Assembly (NCBI GenBank): GCA_963797925.1
Contig: CAWCQZ010000002.1
Span: 471,862-535,861 of the forward strand
DNA length: 64,000 nucleotides
Source: Ilumatobacteraceae bacterium
GTDB lineage: Bacteria > Actinomycetota > Acidimicrobiia > Acidimicrobiales > Ilumatobacteraceae
Direction: 5' to 3'
A program made the position numbers and the translations under genes. Shown here in pieces: positions 1 through 11,532 of the stretch (the first letter of the stretch is position 1; each line of letters opens with the position of its first letter). The notes beneath the pieces are model-generated. The model saw only the letters and a program-made list of their open reading frames with translations. It ran no database searches and had not been told where the DNA came from.

Positions 1-573
1 GAAGTCCACCGCCAAGAAGTCTGCAGCGCCGAAGAAGGCCGCAGCGAACAAGGCGCCCGCGAAGCAAGCCCCCGCAAAGAGGATCGTGAAGAAGAAGCCA
101 TCAACCACCCGTTCGTCACTGCTGTCGAACGATGTCCCCGAGGTGCACGAGATCCCCGCTCCTCGCGGCACCACGAAGGACGGCATCGCCTACACCAAGG
201 ACTTCGACGTGAAGTTCCTGAAGGTGCAGCGTGACGAACTCGAGGCGCGTCGTGCGTCGGAGATCAAGCGTGCGACTCGACTCGAAGACGAAGCAGAGAG
301 CTTGATCGAAGACGGCGAGATGGGCGATGTCCAGTTCGACGACGAAGGCGGCGAAGGCGACGGCATGGTCGTCCAGCGTGACCTCGATCGGGTGATCTCG
401 AGCCAGGCACGCCAGACCGTCGAAGAGATCGACCTCGCGCTGGCCCGCATCGAAGCCGGCACGTACGGCTACTCGGAAGTGTCCGGTCTGCCGATCCCCG
501 CGAGCGGCTCGAGGCGCTGCCCGAGACCACCGTGCTCGCTGCTGAGAAGGTCAGTGGCGCCGGACGTCGATAG
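1..573 (+). CDS. DksA/TraR-family protein with Lys/Ala-rich N-terminus (5'-partial; frameshift near 499)
   Basis: Frame open from position 2 (KSTAKKSAAPKKAAANKAPAKQ); coiled coil with DDEGGEGD, then EIDLALARIEAGTYGYSEVSGLPIP and, after a 1-nt shift, ERLEALPETTVLAAEK...TAG at 571-573. The ORF track fuses it artefactually to lspA. Confidence 0.8.
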
Positions 574-1144
574 TTCCGTACGCACGTGGCGGGCGCCGGT
601 GGCGCTCGCCATCGGTGTCGTCCTTGCGGATCAACTGTCGAAGAACTGGGCACTGAACCGTCTCAGCGGCGATCGGGTCATCGAACTCATCGGTTCACTG
701 CAGTTCAACCTCGCCTTCAACAAAGGCATGGCGTTCAGCCAGGGACAAGGCCTCGGACCCGTGATCGCCGTCGTCGCAACGGTGGTCATCGTGTGGCTGC
801 TCGTCTCGTTGCGGTCCGCTGGCGGACGCCTCAACACCTTCGGGATCGGTGCCGTCATCGGCGGCGCCGCGGGCAACCTGATCGATCGGGCGTTCCGAGA
901 CGATGCCTGGCTACGTGGAGCGGTCGTCGACTTCATCGATCTCCAGTGGTTTCCCATCTTCAACATCGCCGACATGGCGATCAACATCGGGGCAGGCGCA
1001 TTGATCCTCAACGCGATCCTGAGTTCTCGTCGAGCGAAGTCCGCCGGCGCAACGGCACCGACACCGACGTCGGCCGGCGGCGATGACGCAACGGATGGCG
1101 CCGCCGTGGATCCCATGGCGCACGACTCCGAGGATGACGCATGA
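554..1144 (+). CDS. lspA: Lipoprotein signal peptidase II
   Basis: Motifs ADQLSK, NKGMAFS, GGAAGNLIDR, VVDFID, FPIFNIAD. Start uncertain (GTG 554 or 599). Confidence 0.92.
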   Translation: MAPDVDSSVRTWRAPVALAIGVVLADQLSKNWALNRLSGDRVIELIGSLQFNLAFNKGMAFSQGQGLGPVIAVVATVVIVWLLVSLRSAGGRLNTFGIGAVIGGAAGNLIDRAFRDDAWLRGAVVDFIDLQWFPIFNIADMAINIGAGALILNAILSSRRAKSAGATAPTPTSAGGDDATDGAAVDPMAHDSEDDA

Positions 1145-2058
1145 TCGTCGAAGAGGTACCCGCAGCGCTGGACGGCCAGCGTCTGGACCGCATCGTCGCG
1201 CTGATCGGTGACATCAGCCGGTCCGATGCCGCGAAGACCATTGCCGACGGTGGTGTGTCGGTCGATGGCGAGCCGGCACCGTCCGGCAAGATCCGCCTGG
1301 TCGAAGGGCAGCGCGTCGAGGTCGACCCAGCGAAGTACCCCGTCACCGAACTGCCCGGCCCGGAAGTCGGCATCGAGTTCGGCGTCGTGCACGAGGACGA
1401 ACACGTCATCGTGGTCGACAAGCCGCCCGGCCTCGTCGTGCATCCCGGTGCCGGCAACCTGACGGGAACGCTCGCGAACGGTCTGCTGCACCGGTTCCCG
1501 GACATCATCGACGTCGGCGACCGGATGCGGCCGGGCATCGTGCACCGTCTCGACGCCGGCAGCTCGGGCCTGCTCGTGGTCGCACGAACCCAGGAGTCGG
1601 CAGACCGCTTGATCGAGCAGTTCGCCGACCACAGCGCCACCCGCGTGTACGACGCCATGGTGTGGGGCGTCCCGGACGCGCCGCACGGCATCATCGACGC
1701 ACCACTCGGACGCAGCAAGGGCGACCCGCTGCGGATGGCGGTCGTCGCCGACGGTCGCCCATCGCGGACCGACTACCAGGTCGTCGGCTCGTACTCGGAA
1801 CCAGCACTGGTCTCACGGCTCGAGTGCCGCCTCGAAACGGGACGCACGCATCAGATCCGCGTGCACCTGTCGTCGATCAACCATCCGTTGCTCGGCGACC
1901 CCACCTACGGCCAGCGCCGCCCGAACCTCGGCCTCGACCGACCGTTCCTCCACGCCGCCCAACTGCAGTTCGTCCACCCCGGCACCGGCGAACGGGTCAC
2001 CCACCACAGCCCACTCGCCCCAGACCTCCAGGCCTGGCTCGACGAACTGAAGGTCTGA
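1141..2058 (+). CDS. rluD: RluA/RluD-family 23S rRNA pseudouridine synthase
   Basis: S4-like N-terminus, VVDKPPGLVVHP, GIVHRLD, LETGRTHQIRVH, LHAAQL; ATGA overlap with lspA. Confidence 0.93.
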   Translation: MIVEEVPAALDGQRLDRIVALIGDISRSDAAKTIADGGVSVDGEPAPSGKIRLVEGQRVEVDPAKYPVTELPGPEVGIEFGVVHEDEHVIVVDKPPGLVVHPGAGNLTGTLANGLLHRFPDIIDVGDRMRPGIVHRLDAGSSGLLVVARTQESADRLIEQFADHSATRVYDAMVWGVPDAPHGIIDAPLGRSKGDPLRMAVVADGRPSRTDYQVVGSYSEPALVSRLECRLETGRTHQIRVHLSSINHPLLGDPTYGQRRPNLGLDRPFLHAAQLQFVHPGTGERVTHHSPLAPDLQAWLDELKV

Positions 2059-2102
2059 CGTCCTGATCGTCGCTGCCCGCCCAGTAGGGGAGCCGCGCGC
2101 GA

Positions 2103-2567
2103 TCAGTGCGAGTGGTCGGGGAGCGACGGCCAGGCAGCCTCGCCGCGGCTGATCGATGCGATCGTCGCGAGCGTGTAGCCGTCCAGGTGTTGGCGCATGT
2201 GCGTGCCCGCTTGATCCCAGATGGCCAGCAGGACGCACTGGCCTTCGTGGTCGCAGGCGCCGTCCTGGTGCGGCTGGCCGAAGTCGCCGAGGGTGATCGG
2301 GCCGTCCACAGCCGACACGATCTCGGAGAGTTTGATCTCGGCAGGAGGGCGGTTCAGGATGTACCCACCGCCCACGCCGCGCTTGGAACGCACGAGCCCG
2401 GCCCCCTTGAGTGCGAGCAGGATCTGTTCGAGGTACGGCTGCGGCAGGCCCGTTCGCTCTGCGATGTCGCGCACCGAGGTCGGAGTCGGTGCGCTGTCGT
2501 CGTCGATACGGAGCGCCAACGAGAGCAGGGCGCGACAGGCATAGTCGCCGCGGGTGGAGATGCGCAC
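2103..2567 (-). CDS. Rrf2-family transcriptional regulator
   Basis: ISTRGDYACRALL, YLEQILLALKGAGLVRSKRGVGGGY, EIVSAVDG. Start placed at GTG 2567, 7 nt after a TAGTCT -10 element. Confidence 0.9.
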   Translation of the reverse strand: MRISTRGDYACRALLSLALRIDDDSAPTPTSVRDIAERTGLPQPYLEQILLALKGAGLVRSKRGVGGGYILNRPPAEIKLSEIVSAVDGPITLGDFGQPHQDGACDHEGQCVLLAIWDQAGTHMRQHLDGYTLATIASISRGEAAWPSLPDHSH

Positions 2568-2602
2568 GTCTCGCAGACTAGGCGGTACGTACACTGTTCA
2601 CA

Positions 2603-3724
2603 GTGAGTGCGCCTGCCGTCAAGCCGATCATCCCGGACTATGCGGGCGCCAACGTCAGAGGGATCGTCCCAGCATTGCTCGGGCCATCCACGTGGGCGGA
2701 CACGGCCCCGGCCTGGATGCCCGATGCCGTGCGGGCTGCGGACGCCGTCGTCCTGCTCGTGCTCGACGGCCTCGGATGGGACCAACTGCAGGATCATGCG
2801 CACCTCGCACCATCGCTGATGTCGATGCAGGGTCGGTCGATCCACACGGTGGCCCCGACGACGACGGCGACCGCACTCAGCTCGATCACGACGGGACTGA
2901 CACCGGGGGAGCACGGCCTCGTCGGCTACCGGATGTCGCTTGGCGGCGACGTGATGAACGTGCTGCGTTGGGCCGTCGGCGACCAACAGGTTCGCCGATC
3001 GCATCCGCCACGAGACGTACAGAGCTTCGAGCCCTTCCTCGGGCAGCGCGTGCCGGTCGTGGCACAGGGTGAACTGCAGACCTCCGGCTTCAGCGAAGCG
3101 CATCTCCGTGGGTGCGACCCGGTCGGCTGGCGAGCGCCGTCGAGCATCGCGGTCGAGGCTGCGGCCCAAGTCGCAGCCGGTGAGCGATTCGTGTACTGCT
3201 ACTACAACGGGATCGACAAGATCGCCCACGAGCGCGGCTTCGGTCCGTTCTACGACGCTGAGCTCCGGTTCTCCGATGCGCTCGTCGCCGACCTGATGAA
3301 CGCACTGCCCGCCGGCACAGCGTTGCTCGTCACGGCGGATCACGGCCAGGTCGACGTGGGAGCGCGGATCGTGCATCCGTCGCGCGAGTTGCTCGAGCGG
3401 GTGACCATGCAGTCGGGTGAAGGGCGTTTCCGCTGGTGGCACTGCCGCCCCGCTGACGTCGACTCGCTCGCCGAAGCGGCGCGCGACGCCCACGGCGACG
3501 TCGCCTGGGTCGTGACCAAGGAGCAGATGCTCGACGAAGCGTGGTTCGGCCAGACCGTGGCGCCGCCGATTCAACGGCGCCTCGGCGACGTGGCCCTCTG
3601 TGCGTACGAACCGGTGAGCTTCCACGAGGACGCCGACTCGGGTCCGTTCGAGCTGGTGTGCCGTCACGGATCGTTGACGTCGGCGGAAGTGAATGTGCCG
3701 CTCCTTGGTGCTTTGATCGACTGA
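2603..3724 (+). CDS. Alkaline phosphatase superfamily protein (nucleotide pyrophosphatase/phosphodiesterase)
   Basis: VLLVLDGLG, PTTT...TGLTPGEHG, IDKIAH, VTADHG, RHGSLT. Confidence 0.85.
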   Translation: MSAPAVKPIIPDYAGANVRGIVPALLGPSTWADTAPAWMPDAVRAADAVVLLVLDGLGWDQLQDHAHLAPSLMSMQGRSIHTVAPTTTATALSSITTGLTPGEHGLVGYRMSLGGDVMNVLRWAVGDQQVRRSHPPRDVQSFEPFLGQRVPVVAQGELQTSGFSEAHLRGCDPVGWRAPSSIAVEAAAQVAAGERFVYCYYNGIDKIAHERGFGPFYDAELRFSDALVADLMNALPAGTALLVTADHGQVDVGARIVHPSRELLERVTMQSGEGRFRWWHCRPADVDSLAEAARDAHGDVAWVVTKEQMLDEAWFGQTVAPPIQRRLGDVALCAYEPVSFHEDADSGPFELVCRHGSLTSAEVNVPLLGALID

Positions 3725-3742
3725 CGCGCGAGAATCGGGGCC

Positions 3743-4303
3743 ATGTCCGACACCCCCGACGCAACAGCAGCCGAGACCCCCGAGGTCGTGACGACCGGAA
3801 CGGGAGCCCAGGTCGAGGTACCCGAGCCCGACGCTGCCGCCAGCGACGAGCCGGCCGCGGAGCAGCCGGCGATCATCGAACCCGGCAAGGTCATGCGGAT
3901 CGGCTCGATGGTCAAGCAACTGTTGGAAGAGGTGCGCGCCGCCGACTTGGACGAGGCGTCTCGTGAGCGGCTCGCCGAGGTGTACGAGCGTTCGATCGTC
4001 GAGTTGTCCGAGGCGCTCTCGCCGGACCTGCAAGAGGAACTCCGGACGCTCTCGCTGCCGTTCGACGACGACGACGGCATTCCGAGTGAAGCGGTGCTGC
4101 GCGTCGCGAAGGCCCAACTGGTCGGTTGGCTCGAAGGCCTCTTCCACGGCATCCAGGCCAGCCTGATGGCGCAACAGTTCGCCGCTCAGCAACAGTTGCA
4201 GCAGATGAAGCAGATCCCGCCCGGCCAAGGTCAACCGGGCCAGCCAGGTCAGCAGCAACCCGGCGCCCCTGTCGCACCGCCCCAGACCGGCACGTACTTG
4301 TGA
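3743..4303 (+). CDS. bpa: Bacterial proteasome activator (DUF2587)
   Basis: PGKVMRIGSMVKQLLEEVR, LRVAKAQLVGWLEGLFHGIQ and a C-terminal HbYX-like GTYL. Confidence 0.9.
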   Translation: MSDTPDATAAETPEVVTTGTGAQVEVPEPDAAASDEPAAEQPAIIEPGKVMRIGSMVKQLLEEVRAADLDEASRERLAEVYERSIVELSEALSPDLQEELRTLSLPFDDDDGIPSEAVLRVAKAQLVGWLEGLFHGIQASLMAQQFAAQQQLQQMKQIPPGQGQPGQPGQQQPGAPVAPPQTGTYL

Positions 4304-4363
4304 TCCACGCTCTCGATCCGGCCCTGGAAATACGGATCACAGCGCTGTAAGTTGATCCGCTCC

Positions 4364-7300
4364 ATGGCCGACTCGTTCACTCATCTGCACGTCCACACCG
4401 AGTACTCGATGCTCGACGGGGCGTCCAGGCTGGACGAGATGGTCGCCAAGGCGGTGCAGGACGGCCAGCCGGCGATCGGGATGACCGATCACGGCAACAT
4501 GTACGGCACGCTGGACTTCTACAAGGAGTGCAACAGCCAGGGCATCAAGCCGATCATCGGCACCGAGGCCTACATGGCCCACGATCACCGCTCCGAACGT
4601 CCGTCCCGGCGAGGTCGCGTGGACGACTCGGGTGGCGAGACCGAGAGCGGCAACAAGCTCTACTACCACCTGATCCTGCTGGCGGAGAACAACGACGGGC
4701 TACAAGAACCTCATCCAGCTGTCCTCGCTGGCGTTCATGGAGGGCTACTACTACAAGCCCCGGATGGACTGGGAGCTGCTCGAGAAGTACTCGAGCGGCC
4801 TGATCGCCACCAGCGGCTGCCTCGGCGGACACGTGCTGCAGTCGCTGCTGAACGGCGACGAGAAGGGCGCACTCGAAAAGGCCGGCCGGCTGCAGGACAT
4901 CTTCGGACGCGACAACTTCTTCATCGAGATCCAGGATCACGGCATCCCCGAGCAGCACGAGACCAACCCGAAGCTGCTGGAGATCGCCAAGAAGATCAAA
5001 GCGCCGCTGCTGGCCACGAACGACAGCCACTACACGCACCAGCACGACCACGACTCGCACGACGCGCTGCTGTGCGTGCAGACCGGGTCGCTGATGTCGG
5101 ACCCGAAGCGGTTCAAGTTCTCCGGAACCGACCACTACCTGAAGACCGCCGCGGAGATGCGGTACCTGTTCCGCGAGATCCCCACGGCGTGCGACAACTC
5201 GCTGTGGATCGCCGAACGCTCCAACGTCGAGATCGAATTCGGCAAGCCGTTGCTGCCGAACTTCCCGCTTCCCGAAGGCTTCGCCGACGACGAGGCGTAC
5301 CTGCGCCACCTCACCCAGGTGGGCGCCGAGAAGCGCTGGGGCAAGGACGTGCCAGCGGCAGCGGTGGAGCGTCTGGCATACGAGCTGTCGGTCATCTGCG
5401 ACATGGGGTTCGCCTCGTACTTCCTGATCACGTGGGACCTCATCAAGCACGCACGCGACAACAACATCCGCGTCGGCCCCGGTCGTGGTTCGGCGGCCGG
5501 TTGCGCTGTCGCGTACTGCCTGTGGATCACCGACCTGGACCCCATCGAGTACGACCTGCTGTTCGAGCGGTTCCTCAACCCGAGCCGTATCTCGATGCCC
5601 GACATCGACATGGACTTCGAGACCCGCTACCGGGACGAGATGATCAACTACTGCAGCCGAGCGCTACGGGCGCGAGCACGTCGCCCAGATCGTCACCTTC
5701 GGCTCCATCAAGGCACGCAACGCCGCCAAGGACGCTGCTCGTGTGCTCGGGTTCCCGTACGGGATGGGCGACAAGATCGCCAAGGCGATGCCGCCGCTGG
5801 TGATGGGTCGCGACACCCCGTTGAAGTACTGCTTCGAGGACATCCCGAAGTATCACGACGGGTACAAGGCCGCCGCCGACCTGCGGGCCATGTACGACAC
5901 CGACCCGGACGTGAAGAAGGTCATCGACGTCGCCAAGGGCCTCGAAGGGCTGAAGCGTTCTGACGGCATCCACGCAGCAGCCGTGGTGATCACCAAGGAT
6001 CCGGTCACCGAATACGTCCCGATCCAGCGCAAGCCCAAGGCGGGCACCGACCCCGAGGACGCTCCGGTCGTCACGCAGTACGAGATGCACGGCGTCGAAG
6101 AGCTCGGGCTGCTCAAGATGGACTTCCTGGGTCTGCGCAACCTCGACGTCATCTCCGACGCCGAGGTCATGATCAAGGAGCGCCACGACCCGAGCTTCGA
6201 CATCGAGAAGACGGCGCTCGACGACAAGAAGACCTACGAGCTGCTGTCGCGCGGCGACACCATCGGCATCTTCCAACTCGAGTCGCCGCCGATGCGCCAG
6301 CTGCTCAAGGCAATGGAGCCGACGACGTTCCCGCACATCGCCGCCGTGCTGGCGCTGTACCGGCCGGGGCCGATGTCGGTGAACATGCACTACGACTTCG
6401 CCGACCGCATGAACGGTCGCCAGGAGGTCAGCTACTTCCACGAGGACGCCGAAGGAGGTGCTCGGCGACACCTACGGCCTGATGATCTATCAGGAGAGCG
6501 TGATGCGGGTGGCCCAGAAGTTCGCCGGCTATTCGCTCGCCGAAGCGGACAACCTGCGCAAGGCGATGGGCAAGAAGTCCCGCGAGGTCATGGCCAAGGC
6601 CCGTCAAGCGTTCGAGGACGGTGTCGTCGCCAAGGGCTACGGCGACGAGATGGGCCCGATGCTGTTCGACATCATCGAGAAGTTCGCCGACTACGCGTTC
6701 AACAAGAGCCACACCTTCGGTTACGGGCTGATCACGTATCAGACCGCCTACATGAAGGCGCACTACCCGGTCGAGTACATCGCATCGCTGCTGACCAGCG
6801 TCAAGAACAACCTGGACAAGGCCGCCACCTACCTCGCCGACTGCAGGTCGATGGGCATCAAGGTGCTCCCGCCGGACGTGAACCGGTCGCTGATCAACTT
6901 CGGTGCGCTCTCGCCCGACGAACTTCCACCGGGGGTGACCTTGCCGGTCGGGAGTCCCGGGGCGATCACGTTCGGGCTGTCAGCGGTCCGCAACGTCGGC
7001 GAGGCGCTCGTCGAGGACCTCATTGCCGAGCGCGCCGAGAACGGCCAGTTCGACAGCTTCCACGACTTCGTCGAACGTGTGCCCGAATCCGTACTCAACA
7101 AGCGCACGATCGAATCGCTGATCAAGGGTGGTGGGTTCGACACGCTGGGCCACGACCGTCGAGCACTGCTGACCGTGTTCGAACACATCATCGACACGAC
7201 CGTCAAACGTCGTCGCGAAGAGGCCAAGGGTGTGATGTCGCTGTTCGGTGACTACTCCGACGACGCCGCAGCGACCGATGCCTCCGGATCGGGCGACAGC

Positions 7301-7960
7301 TTCAGCGAACGCACGCCGATCCCGGTGGACATGGAGTTCGACAAGTCGGACAAGCTGCGTTTCGAGAAGGAGATGCTCGGGCTCTACGTGTCCGACCACC
7401 CGCTGTTCGGCGTCGAAGCGGCGCTCAAGCGCAAGGTCGAGCACAACCTGATCGACCTGCCGAACATGGAGGACGGCACACCCGTCGTCGTCGGTGGTGT
7501 CATCACCAACCTGGCCCGCAAGTTCACGAAGAAGGGCGACCAGATGGCCGTCTTCGTGCTCGAGGACCTCGACGCGTCGATCGAGATCACGATCTTCCCG
7601 CGGACCCTCGCCGAGCAGGGCCACAAGTTGGAGGACGACCTGATCGTCTCGGTGAAGGGTCGCCTCGACCGTCGCGACGAGTCTCGATTCGGCATCATCG
7701 GCCAGACCATCACCGTGCTCCAGGGCCTCGGCGACGGCCCTGCCGCCCCGCTGCGCCTCCGTCTGCACGCCTCGTCGCTCGACGAACTGAAGATCCAGCG
7801 GCTGAAGCGGATCCTGAAAGAGCACCACGGCGAATCGATCGTGATGGTCGACATCGGCCAGCAGAAGGTGCTCAAACTGTCCGACGAGTTCCGCGTCGAC
7901 CTCGACCGTGTGGTCGGAGAGTTGCGGATGGCATTCGGACACGACGCCGTCCTCCTGTAG
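4364..7960 (+). CDS. dnaE: DNA polymerase III alpha subunit (three apparent +1 frameshifts near 4698, 5652 and 6451)
   Basis: [61 protein letters not shown] and an OB fold, spread over four consecutive ORFs. Confidence 0.95.
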
Positions 7961-7970
7961 AATTTTGCCA

Positions 7971-8627
7971 ATGGCTCTGGATGTAGTGACCAATGACGCT
8001 TCCACGCTCACGGAAGAAGATCTCGAAGAATTGGCGGGCATGGATGAAGCGTTCACCGCAGAGGAGCTGCTGCAGGCCCAGGAAGACTGGGTACTGATCA
8101 CCACGGCACGATTCGGCAACGCCCTTCACGGCTTCACGTTCTCGACGCTCGAGCGCATCGGCGGCACTCCGTGCGTGCTGATCGGTCTGATGACCGTCAA
8201 GCGCACGTCGAAGCGCGATCAGGTGCTGCGTGGGCTGATGGGCGAGGCGTATCACCGTGCGCTGATGGCTTTCCCGGACGAAGACGTCGTCGTCGGATCC
8301 CGTTTCGTCAACGCCGACGCCCGCGTGGCGTTCAAGGACCTCGACGGCCTCACGCCGTCGCCGGGCGAAGACGCCGTGGGCGAAGAGCGAGCATGGGGCC
8401 GCCGTCTGGCCAAGCGCTTCTCGATCGACAAGAAGTACGACGCCAAGTCGTTCACCGCGAGCACGGGCGCACAGGCCGGCTACCTCGACTTCGAGGCCAC
8501 CGACCCGGACAAGATCGATGCCGAGCTCGTCGAACTGATGAGCAAGGTGCCGGCCGCCAAGGGCGGCGCCATGGTGGTCTACGGCTGGACGATGGCCGAA
8601 GACCTCCAGAAGCTCGGCAAGCGGTGA
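7971..8627 (+). CDS. Hypothetical protein, possibly GNAT-like fold
   Basis: 218-aa ORF with host-like codon usage; TAGAAT 7 nt before the ATG. No family recognised with certainty. Confidence 0.75.
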   Translation: MALDVVTNDASTLTEEDLEELAGMDEAFTAEELLQAQEDWVLITTARFGNALHGFTFSTLERIGGTPCVLIGLMTVKRTSKRDQVLRGLMGEAYHRALMAFPDEDVVVGSRFVNADARVAFKDLDGLTPSPGEDAVGEERAWGRRLAKRFSIDKKYDAKSFTASTGAQAGYLDFEATDPDKIDAELVELMSKVPAAKGGAMVVYGWTMAEDLQKLGKR

Positions 8628-8630
8628 TTC

Positions 8631-9257
8631 TTGGCTGAGTTCGCCGAGGTCGTTCGCAATCGGCGGATGACGCGAGCGTTCTCACCCGAGCCGGTGGACC
8701 CGGCGATCATCGATTCGCTGGTCGCCCTGGCATCACGGTCGCCGAGCGCCGGCAAGACCCAGGGGTGGCACGTCGTGGTGCTCGAAGGTGCCGACACCGC
8801 CCGCTACTGGGACATCACGCTGCCCACGGAGAAGCGCGAGACGTTCCGCTGGACGCAGCTCGTGGACGCTCCGGTCGTCATGGTCGCCCTTGCCGACCCG
8901 GACGCCTACGTCGATCGGTACGCCGAGCCGGACAAGGCACGCACCGGGCTCGGAGAGTCCGTCGACGCATGGCCGACGCCGTACTGGACGATCGACGCCT
9001 CGATGGCGGTGATGACGCTGTTGTACGCGGCTGAGGATGTCGGTCTGGGCGCGTTGTTCTTCGGGGTGTTCCAGCGCGAGGACGAGGTGCGCGCCGAGTT
9101 GGGCGTCCCCGACCGACTGCAGACGATCGGCGCCGTCGCCGTGGGGCATCCGGCCCCAGATCTGGGGACCGACGACGACGGGTCAGCCGGCACGGGGCGT
9201 TCGGCGACGCGCGTCCGGCGTCGACCGGACGAGATCATCCATCGCGGCGGCTGGTAG
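8631..9257 (+). CDS. Nitroreductase family protein
   Basis: VRNRRMTRAF, SPSAGKTQGWHVVV, AAEDVGLGALFFG, GAVAVGHP. Confidence 0.88.
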   Translation: MAEFAEVVRNRRMTRAFSPEPVDPAIIDSLVALASRSPSAGKTQGWHVVVLEGADTARYWDITLPTEKRETFRWTQLVDAPVVMVALADPDAYVDRYAEPDKARTGLGESVDAWPTPYWTIDASMAVMTLLYAAEDVGLGALFFGVFQREDEVRAELGVPDRLQTIGAVAVGHPAPDLGTDDDGSAGTGRSATRVRRRPDEIIHRGGW

Positions 9258-9271
9258 CCCGGTCGTCGACG

Positions 9272-11405
9272 TCAGGTGTCGGGTTCGGGCTCCGCCGACT
9301 CGGAGGCATCCGGTTCGGACGGCTGCTTGTTGGCGTCGTGCTTGAGGGCGCCACCGGTGAGCGCCTGGACGAACTCGTCGGTCGTCGTCGCCGGCGCTTT
9401 GCAGACCTGGTCCTTGCAGACGTACGCGTGGCCGGGCGTGCGGTCGTCCCACAGCGGCGAGTCGTAGGGCTCGCCCCACGCGAGCACCGCGTCGGGTCGC
9501 CAGATCGATTGGGCGACTCGAACGAAATCGGCCATGTCGTGCTCGACGCCGTCGTCGTCGGTGCCGCCGACGATCACCACTTCGGTCGTGCCTCGGCGTT
9601 TGAGGTCGGTGGCGAGGAGTGCATTGGAGAACATGCCGACCTTGTCGTCGACCTGCGGTTCGAGCAGTTGCAGGATGCGCTCGGCGTGGTTCGTGTAGCG
9701 CGGCTCCCCGGTCAACGCAGCGAGACGCTGTAGTGCCACGGCTGCCATCGAGTTCGCCGACGGGGTGGCGTTGTCGGCGATGTCCTTCTGGCGCGAGATG
9801 AGGTGTTCGCCGTCCTCTGCGGTGGTGTACAGGCCGCCGAGCCCCGGGTCGAAGAACCAGTCGAGCAACGTGTCCGCCGTGGCCCGGGCCTCCTCGATCC
9901 ATCGCGCTCTCCCCGTTGCCTCGCCGAGTCGGGTGAAGGCGTCGATCAGCGCAGCGTGGTCGGCCGCGAGCGCGTCATGGCGTGCCGGCGGGTTGCCCTC
10001 GGCCTGCCACGAGCGGTACCAGCGGCCGTTGCCGCCGCGCATGTTGTCGATGAGGAACTCGGCGTTCTTCTCGGCGGCGTCGAGCCACGGCTGATGATTG
10101 AACACCGAGGCTGCCTGGCTGAGGGCTGAGAGGAACAGCGCATTCCATTCGAGGAGCACCTTGTCGTCGAGGCCGGGTCGAGGGCGCGAGGCGCGGGCTT
10201 CGAGCATGCGCAGCCGGGCGAAGCTGATCGGGTCGGGCCGAACGAGCTGGTCGCGGTGTGCGATGCAGTTGGGGATCGACCGGCCGGTGACCGTCGGTTC
10301 GCCACCGTCTCGTGCGGGTTCTGTCCAGTTGCCCTCGTCGGTGATGTTCCAGTAGTCGAGGGTCTGCTCGATGATCTCGGGCTTGGCATTGCCGAGCAGC
10401 GGCGCGGACTTCGTCCGGCGTCCACGTGTAGAAGGCTCCTTCGACGCTGTTGCCGTCAGCATCCAGCGAATCGGCGTCCTCGGCGGAGTAGAACCCGCCT
10501 TCCGGATGGGTGAGTGTGGTGAGGACGTACTCGATCGTGTCCTGGATGACGGCCCGCCACTGCGGCTCACGCAGCACGACGATGGCGTGCAGGTAGGTCT
10601 GGGTGAGGAGTGCCTGGTCGTACAGCATCTTCTCGAAGTGCGGTACGAGCCACTGCTGATCGGTCGAGTACCGGGCGAATCCGCCGCCGACGTGGTCGTA
10701 CATCCCGCCGGCACACATGCCGTCGAGCGTCGTGGCGATCACCTCGCGCGCAGTGTCCGATCCGCTGGTCATGTAGGCGCGGAGCATCAGTTCGACGTTG
10801 AACGTGGACGGGAACTTCGGTGTCGTGCCGAACCCGCCGTGCTCGCGATCGAAGGCGCGACCGAGTGTCTGGACGGCGTTGTTGAGCTGCTCGACGGTGG
10901 GGACGTCCTTGCCCGGCTTGAGTTCGGCGGTTGCGTCGATCGCCGTCATCATCTGCTTGGCGTTCTTGGCGACGTCATCGGGCTTGGTCCGGTAGACCTC
11001 GTCGATCGCCGTCAGCAACTGGAGGAAGTTCTCCTTCGGGAAGTAGGTGCCGCCGTAGAACGGCGTTCCGTCGGGGGAGAGGAAGACCGTCATCGGCCAG
11101 CCGCCGCGACCGGTCATTGCCTGGACGGCGTCCATGTAGAGCGAGTCGACATCGGGACGTTCCTCGCGGTCGACTTTGATGTTGACGAACTTGGCGTTCA
11201 TCTCCGTTGCGACGTCGACGTCCTCGAAGGATTCCTGGGCCATCACATGGCACCAGTGGCAGGCCGAATACCCGATCGAGAGCAGAATCGGCACGTTGCG
11301 TTCGGTCGCCGCAGCGAACGCGTCGGGCCCCCAGGCGTACCAGTCGACGGGGTTGTCCCTGTGTTGTCTCAGGTACGGCGAAGTCTCATCTGCCAGGCGA
11401 TTCAC
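9272..11405 (-). CDS. Thioredoxin-domain protein, YyaL/SSP411 (DUF255) family (frameshift near 10400)
   Basis: [59 protein letters not shown]. Confidence 0.9.
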
Positions 11406-11532
11406 CGGGACGAGGGTACCGAGGTCGACGACGGCAGATATGTCGTGCGCGCCCGGACCGGTTTCATCGGTGAGCGACCCCGATCGCAGATGTCCGCCGT
11501 CAGCGCCGTCGGAGTCTCTAATCTGCGGTCCG

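Noticed and set aside
86-1144. Apparent DksA-LspA fusion protein in the ORF track
   Set aside because: A 1-nt shift near 499 restores the DksA C-terminus (ERLEALP) with its own stop at 573; the fusion is most likely a sequencing artefact.
4300-4350. Mini-ORF VIHALDPALEIRITAL between bpa and dnaE as another bridge
   Set aside because: It overlaps the bpa stop (GTGA) but ends 13 nt before the likely dnaE ATG (1 nt before a possible TTG); too ambiguous to count.
4364-7960. Split dnaE, intein or programmed frameshifting
   Set aside because: No intein motifs or slippery sequences are evident, and similar indels occur throughout the window.
8624-8638. Four-codon ORF (VILG) across the junction before the nitroreductase
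   Set aside because: The genes are only 3 nt apart, so no bridge is needed; likely coincidental.
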